Assembly (NCBI GenBank): GCA_018680275.1 | Contig: JAHHJO010000005.1 | Coordinates: forward strand, 1 to 28,543 | Direction: 5' to 3' | Origin: Bacteroidia bacterium | Lineage (GTDB): Bacteria > Bacteroidota > Bacteroidia > Chitinophagales > Saprospiraceae | DNA length: 28,543 nucleotides | In this document: piece after piece, positions 25,045 to 28,543 of the stretch | Layout: every line of letters starts with the position of its first letter | Numbering within the stretch: position 1 is the stretch's first letter | The notes under the pieces: generated by a model | Database searches by the model: none | What the model was told of the DNA's origin: nothing | Seen by the model: the letters and a program-made list of their open reading frames with translations, nothing else | Position numbers and translations under genes: made by a program

Positions 25045-25956
25045 ATGACATTAAAAAATGTAGCGCTCATTTATATAGCTTTTTCATTGACATTATTTTA
25101 CGCTTGTCAAAGTGACTCTGCCAAACAGAGTAATCCTGAATTGCCTGAGCAGCAGGTTCAAAATCAAAACCAGGAAACTCATTCACATGATGAAAACAGC
25201 GATGGGCATTCTCACGAGGGTCATGATCATGCCGGCCATGATCATTCTCATGATACACCAGCCAGTATTAGTGCCCCTTCAGAGAATAAAACATACGAAA
25301 GGAAGTCGCCTCCAAAATATTCAAAGACAGAGTCGACACCTCAACTATCTTCTTCAGCATCGAACCAGGTTGACGCATTGGATGAAGCCAAAGGTACTGT
25401 CTCGGCCGAAGAGTGGTCAAAGAAAAAAGCAGCTATAGAAAGAACACAAGCTGAACCTGATCCTAATCTGATTGGTAGACGACCTGCACCTACCAAACTA
25501 CCGTCTGCCTGTAATTTAATTTCAGCTGAAAAAATTGCAAGGATCCTTAAAGTTAACAAGGATGTCATCACACTTAAAGATGGATCCGGCAGTCAATCCA
25601 AACATTCACAATCGTGCTTTTTTCGATGGACGCATAACGGGGTTCCCAATTCAGGTATCCTGATACAGGTTCAGGATAACCCCCTTCCGGAAGAAGCACC
25701 AGATTGGGCTTCATATTATATTTCTGCCAAAATAAACCAGGGTGAACAAATACCTGATGGATCCGGTTCCTTCAGATACGAAAGAGTAAAGGATGGTCTT
25801 GGTGATGCTGCTGCCTTTTCGGGAGAATTAAGCAGGTACGTTTGGAGAGTAGGCACTGAATATGTTTTTATGATCGCTTTCAACTTCCCGGGAACACCGG
25901 AACAGAAGAAAAAGTGGGCTGAGGCTTTGGGTACCGAAGTAATGAATAATTTTTAG
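25045..25956 (+). CDS. Hypothetical lipoprotein with His-rich segment and small C-terminal alpha/beta domain
   Basis: MTLKNVALIYIAFSLTLFYA-C lipobox. I prefer ATG 25045 over the track's GTG 25009, since a -7 element lies between them. 9 His in 25 residues. Confidence 0.8.
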   Translation: MTLKNVALIYIAFSLTLFYACQSDSAKQSNPELPEQQVQNQNQETHSHDENSDGHSHEGHDHAGHDHSHDTPASISAPSENKTYERKSPPKYSKTESTPQLSSSASNQVDALDEAKGTVSAEEWSKKKAAIERTQAEPDPNLIGRRPAPTKLPSACNLISAEKIARILKVNKDVITLKDGSGSQSKHSQSCFFRWTHNGVPNSGILIQVQDNPLPEEAPDWASYYISAKINQGEQIPDGSGSFRYERVKDGLGDAAAFSGELSRYVWRVGTEYVFMIAFNFPGTPEQKKKWAEALGTEVMNNF

Positions 25957-25964
25957 GCAAAAAC

Positions 25965-27629
25965 ATGATTCAATCTCTTAGAATAGAAAATTATGCCATC
26001 ATAGATGAGCTTGAAATCAATCTTGACAAGGGTTTGAATATTATTACCGGTGAAACCGGAGCCGGAAAATCAATTCTTCTAGGAGCACTTGGACTTATCA
26101 TGGGTCAAAGAGCAGATACAAAAGTCCTTTTTGATAAGTCAAAAAAATGTATTGTTGAAGCCACATTTGCTATTTACCCCGATTACATCAATAAGCTGCT
26201 GGGAAGCTATGATTTTGATGTTGAAGAGGAATTGATTATCAGGAGGGAAATTGTCCCTGCCGGCAAATCAAGAGCTTTTGTGAATGACACGCCAGCTAAA
26301 CTTGGGTTTTTGAATTTGTTGAGCCAGGAATTAATTGATCTTAATCAGCAATTCGAAATAACTGAAATCAAGCGTACTGACTATCAACTTGAAATTATTG
26401 ATGCCCTTGCCAACCATGATACCTTAATTAAAAAATACAAAAAGACATTTGACTCATACAGAGATGCTCAAAAACAACTTAATGAGCTTCAGAATATGGA
26501 ATCTACTCAATTGAAAGAAATGGATTTCATGAAATTTCAGCTGAATGAGCTGGAAGAAGCTTCATTGGATGCCGACGAACAGGCAGCCCTGGAAGCAGAG
26601 TCTGAATTATTGAGTAAAGCCGATGAAATAAGACTTGTCCTGGAAGAATCAAATTTTAAATTACTGGAGAATGAACAAAACATCAGGGATATAGTCCTGG
26701 CTTTGAATAATCAATGGGAGAAATTTGGTGAAGCACATCCAATGATCACAAAAGGCGGGGAATACTTTCAATCCATCCTCGATGCAATTTCTGAACTTGA
26801 GTTTACAGTTAATCATATACTCGGAGATTTGGATCCCGACCCGGTAAGACTGGAAGAAATTCAATCCAGGCTGGATCTCATTTATACACTCCAAAGAAAG
26901 CACAACGTGCAAACCGTTAAAGAACTTCTTGGAATACAGGAGGAGTTGCAGAATTCGCTCGAGGCATATATTAACAGGGGATCTCAGATTGAATCATTAG
27001 AAAATCAGATCAACCAGCTTGAAACAGACCTTGCCGACAAATCTGATAAGATGAGCCATAATCGTCGCAAGGTTTTTCCTGTACTTGAAAATAAGGTAAA
27101 TAAGAAGTTGGCTCTTCTGGCCATGAATTCTGCAGCCATCAAAGTAGTCTGTGAACAAAGCGCCAGCTACAGATCTGATGGAAGGGATCTTGTCAGCATA
27201 CATTTCAAATCGAATAAAGGCGCTGATTTTTTACCTATAAAAAAAGTCGCTTCTGGAGGAGAGAGTGCACGGTTGATGTTAAGTATCAAATCTACAGTAG
27301 CTGATGTAATGCAGTTTCCTACAATGATTTTCGATGAAATTGATACCGGGGTTTCAGGAGAAGTCGCGGGGAAAATGGGAGATATATTGCGCAAATTATC
27401 CTCAAATCACCAATTGATTTGTATAACACATTCTCCGCAGGTCTCTTCAAGAGCGAATAATCATTACCTTGTATACAAGCAGGAATCAAAAGACAGAACA
27501 TTTACACATGTACGCCTGCTTGATAGCAAAGAGAGAATTACCGAAATAGCCAAGATGCTGAGTGGTGATCCTCCAAGTACCTTTGCCCTGGATAACGCAA
27601 AGGATTTAATAGAAAAACAAACGATTTAA
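25965..27629 (+). CDS. recN: DNA repair protein RecN
   Basis: Walker A GETGAGKS, SRAFVND, coiled coils, signature ASGGE, Walker B IFDEIDTGVSG, ICITHSPQV. Confidence 0.96.
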   Translation: MIQSLRIENYAIIDELEINLDKGLNIITGETGAGKSILLGALGLIMGQRADTKVLFDKSKKCIVEATFAIYPDYINKLLGSYDFDVEEELIIRREIVPAGKSRAFVNDTPAKLGFLNLLSQELIDLNQQFEITEIKRTDYQLEIIDALANHDTLIKKYKKTFDSYRDAQKQLNELQNMESTQLKEMDFMKFQLNELEEASLDADEQAALEAESELLSKADEIRLVLEESNFKLLENEQNIRDIVLALNNQWEKFGEAHPMITKGGEYFQSILDAISELEFTVNHILGDLDPDPVRLEEIQSRLDLIYTLQRKHNVQTVKELLGIQEELQNSLEAYINRGSQIESLENQINQLETDLADKSDKMSHNRRKVFPVLENKVNKKLALLAMNSAAIKVVCEQSASYRSDGRDLVSIHFKSNKGADFLPIKKVASGGESARLMLSIKSTVADVMQFPTMIFDEIDTGVSGEVAGKMGDILRKLSSNHQLICITHSPQVSSRANNHYLVYKQESKDRTFTHVRLLDSKERITEIAKMLSGDPPSTFALDNAKDLIEKQTI

Positions 27630-27651
27630 AACCAAATAAATTAGAAGTATT

Positions 27652-28455
27652 ATGTCTCACGGATTGTTAAAAGGAAAACGCGGAATTATATTCGGCGCAC
27701 TTGATGATCAGTCTATTGCCTGGAAAGTAGCAGAAAGAGCACACGAAGAAGGCGCACAGATTATTTTAACCAATGCGCCCGTTGCATTAAGAATGGGTGC
27801 TATACAGACCCTGGCGGATAAATTAAATACTGAAGTTATTGCTGCTGATGCCACCTCCCTGGATGACTTGAATAACCTGCTGGACCAGTCCATGGATAAA
27901 CTTGGAGGCAAACTGGATTTTATGCTTCATTCTATTGGAATGTCACTCAACGTGAGGAAAAAAAGGGAGTATACCAATATCAAGTATGATTGGATGCAAA
28001 AGACTTTTGATATTTCTGCTATTTCCTTTCATAAACTGATGCAATGTGCTTATGAAAAGGATGCTATGAATGAGTGGGGGTCTATTCTTGCGTTAAGCTA
28101 TATAGCTGCACAGCGTACTTTCCCGGATTATAGTGAAATGGCGGAGTCCAAATCCCTGTTGGAATCATTCGCTAGAAGTTTTGGATACCATTGGGCTCAG
28201 AAAAAAAAGGTCCGTGTAAATACAGTCAGCCAGTCCCCGACAATGACAACTGCTGGCAGTGGTGTGAAAGGTTTTACAGAGTTTTTCTCGTATGCAGAAA
28301 AGATGTCGCCGCTTGGAAATGCTGATGCCTTATCATGTGCCGACTATTGCATCACCATGTTTTCTGATTACACAAGAATGGTCACTATGCAGAATCTGTT
28401 TCACGATGGCGGATTTTCCAGTATGGGGATGAATCCGGCAATCCTGGATATGTAG
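27652..28455 (+). CDS. fabI: Enoyl-ACP reductase (NADH), Bacteroidota FabI type
   Basis: GLLKGKRGIIFGALDDQSIAW, LHSIGMS, catalytic Y-x6-K (YSEMAESK), RVNTVSQSPT, QNLFHDGGFS. Confidence 0.92.
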   Translation: MSHGLLKGKRGIIFGALDDQSIAWKVAERAHEEGAQIILTNAPVALRMGAIQTLADKLNTEVIAADATSLDDLNNLLDQSMDKLGGKLDFMLHSIGMSLNVRKKREYTNIKYDWMQKTFDISAISFHKLMQCAYEKDAMNEWGSILALSYIAAQRTFPDYSEMAESKSLLESFARSFGYHWAQKKKVRVNTVSQSPTMTTAGSGVKGFTEFFSYAEKMSPLGNADALSCADYCITMFSDYTRMVTMQNLFHDGGFSSMGMNPAILDM

Positions 28456-28543
28456 AGAAATTGATTCTTTATAGCATTTTTATAGAGATTTAGAAGCAGG
28501 CTTTCCTCTTAAACGAGCAATATATCCGGATTTCCGCTTCTTT

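Noticed and set aside
28480-28543. Possible 3' end of a minus-strand gene entering from the right edge
   Set aside because: Several frames are open over this short stretch (e.g. KKRKSGYIARLRGKPASKSL* or RSGNPDILLV*), and I cannot tell which, if any, is real.
1-28543. tRNA, rRNA, riboswitch, IS, integrase, prophage, sigma54 promoter or defence genes
   Set aside because: I recognised none by eye. Intergenic gaps are all under about 300 bp, and I found no TGGCAC-N5-TTGC match in them. An Rfam/Infernal scan would be the decisive check for RNAs.

Overview
Chromosomal core-genome window from a Bacteroidota organism, probably Saprospiria/Chitinophagia (inferred from the OmpA type and the gene content). 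It holds 18 coding regions. The left end has a type IX secretion/gliding block: porU on the minus strand (runs off the window edge, absent from the ORF track), divergent from porP/sprF-like, gldJ and murF. Next come a degenerate arginase-fold gene, a large OmpA with TSP3 repeats, pdhC, recR plus a GT2 fusion, a VCBS/ASPIC lipoprotein, an M20 amidohydrolase, an NtrC-type regulator lacking an HTH and coupled to a LOG protein, a putative porin, a small lipoprotein, an SPFH protein, and a His-rich lipoprotein-recN-fabI unit. I see no rRNA, tRNA, CRISPR array, mobile element or defence system. I cannot support a wholly new biological system here. The best leads are the HTH-less GSFTSA regulator fused in operon to LOG, a perfect 22-bp palindrome with a promoter and terminator-like leader between pdhC and recR, inverted heptamer-repeat elements in convergent spacers, a His-rich lipoprotein, and two probable pseudo-enzyme domains.
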